Shown here: positions 63,722-64,000 of the stretch, one piece after another | How the letters are laid out: each line of letters opens with the position of its first letter | How positions within the stretch are numbered: the first letter of the stretch is position 1 | Assembly (NCBI GenBank): GCA_024679065.1 | Contig: JAGIQG010000009.1 | Location: 93,248,001 to 93,312,000 of the forward strand | Direction: 5' to 3' | DNA from: Sphyrna mokarran | Taxonomy: Eukaryota | DNA length: 64,000 nucleotides | The notes under the pieces: model-generated | The model's database searches: none | What the model was told of the DNA's origin: nothing | What the model saw: only the letters and a program-made list of their open reading frames with translations | Translations under genes and position numbers: made by a program

Positions 63722-64000
63722 TAATGTAAGGCTGCTGAGCAAGGTAAGCGCTGAACGTGTTCAAGGCAAGTTACTAGCATGGATAGAAAATTGGCACACC
63801 AGCGGAAGGCAGCAAGTGAGGATAAAAATGGGTCCTTTTCAGGGAGGCAGCCACTGACGAATGGAGCTCTGCAGGGTTCAGTATCGGAACCACAACTTTT
63901 CACTTTATACAATCATGGTCTAGATGAAGGAACTAAGAATATTTTGGCTCAGTTTGTAGATGATACAAAGAGAGATGCAAGGAAAGATAATACTGGATGG
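63722..64000 (+). mobile_element. CR1 RT fragment running off the window
   Basis: Reads RLLSKV..LLAWIENW..RRQQV, GALQGSVSEPQLFTLY and QFVDDTK. Confidence 0.8.

Noticed and set aside
1-64000. U1, U6, 5S rRNA or histone genes, which often accompany tRNA clusters
   Set aside because: No recognisable signature sequences were seen by eye.

Overview
Vertebrate DNA, most likely from a shark or ray, judged from HE1/V-SINE-type SINEs, CR1, Rex1 and Penelope remnants. About 1-55 kb is a CpG-rich tRNA gene domain. It holds a ~2.05-kb Glu/Asp tandem repeat (2 units plus part of a third, ~7.2-11.4 kb), an intact tRNA-Ser(AGA), and a ~1.95-kb Asn/His tandem array of about 11 units (~21.4-49.1 kb) interrupted by CR1 insertions. 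Six central tRNA-His(GTG) genes are identical and two tRNA-Asn(GTT) genes are intact; the other copies are decayed. Penelope remnants carry hammerhead-ribozyme motifs. Past ~55.4 kb the DNA is CpG-depleted and contains two minus-strand exons absent from the ORF track, encoding the transmembrane segment and cytoplasmic tail of a type I membrane protein (possibly Ig-superfamily/MHC class I-like). Most listed ORFs are spurious or retroelement debris. No demonstrably new biological system is proven. All family assignments come from visual recognition, not database searches.
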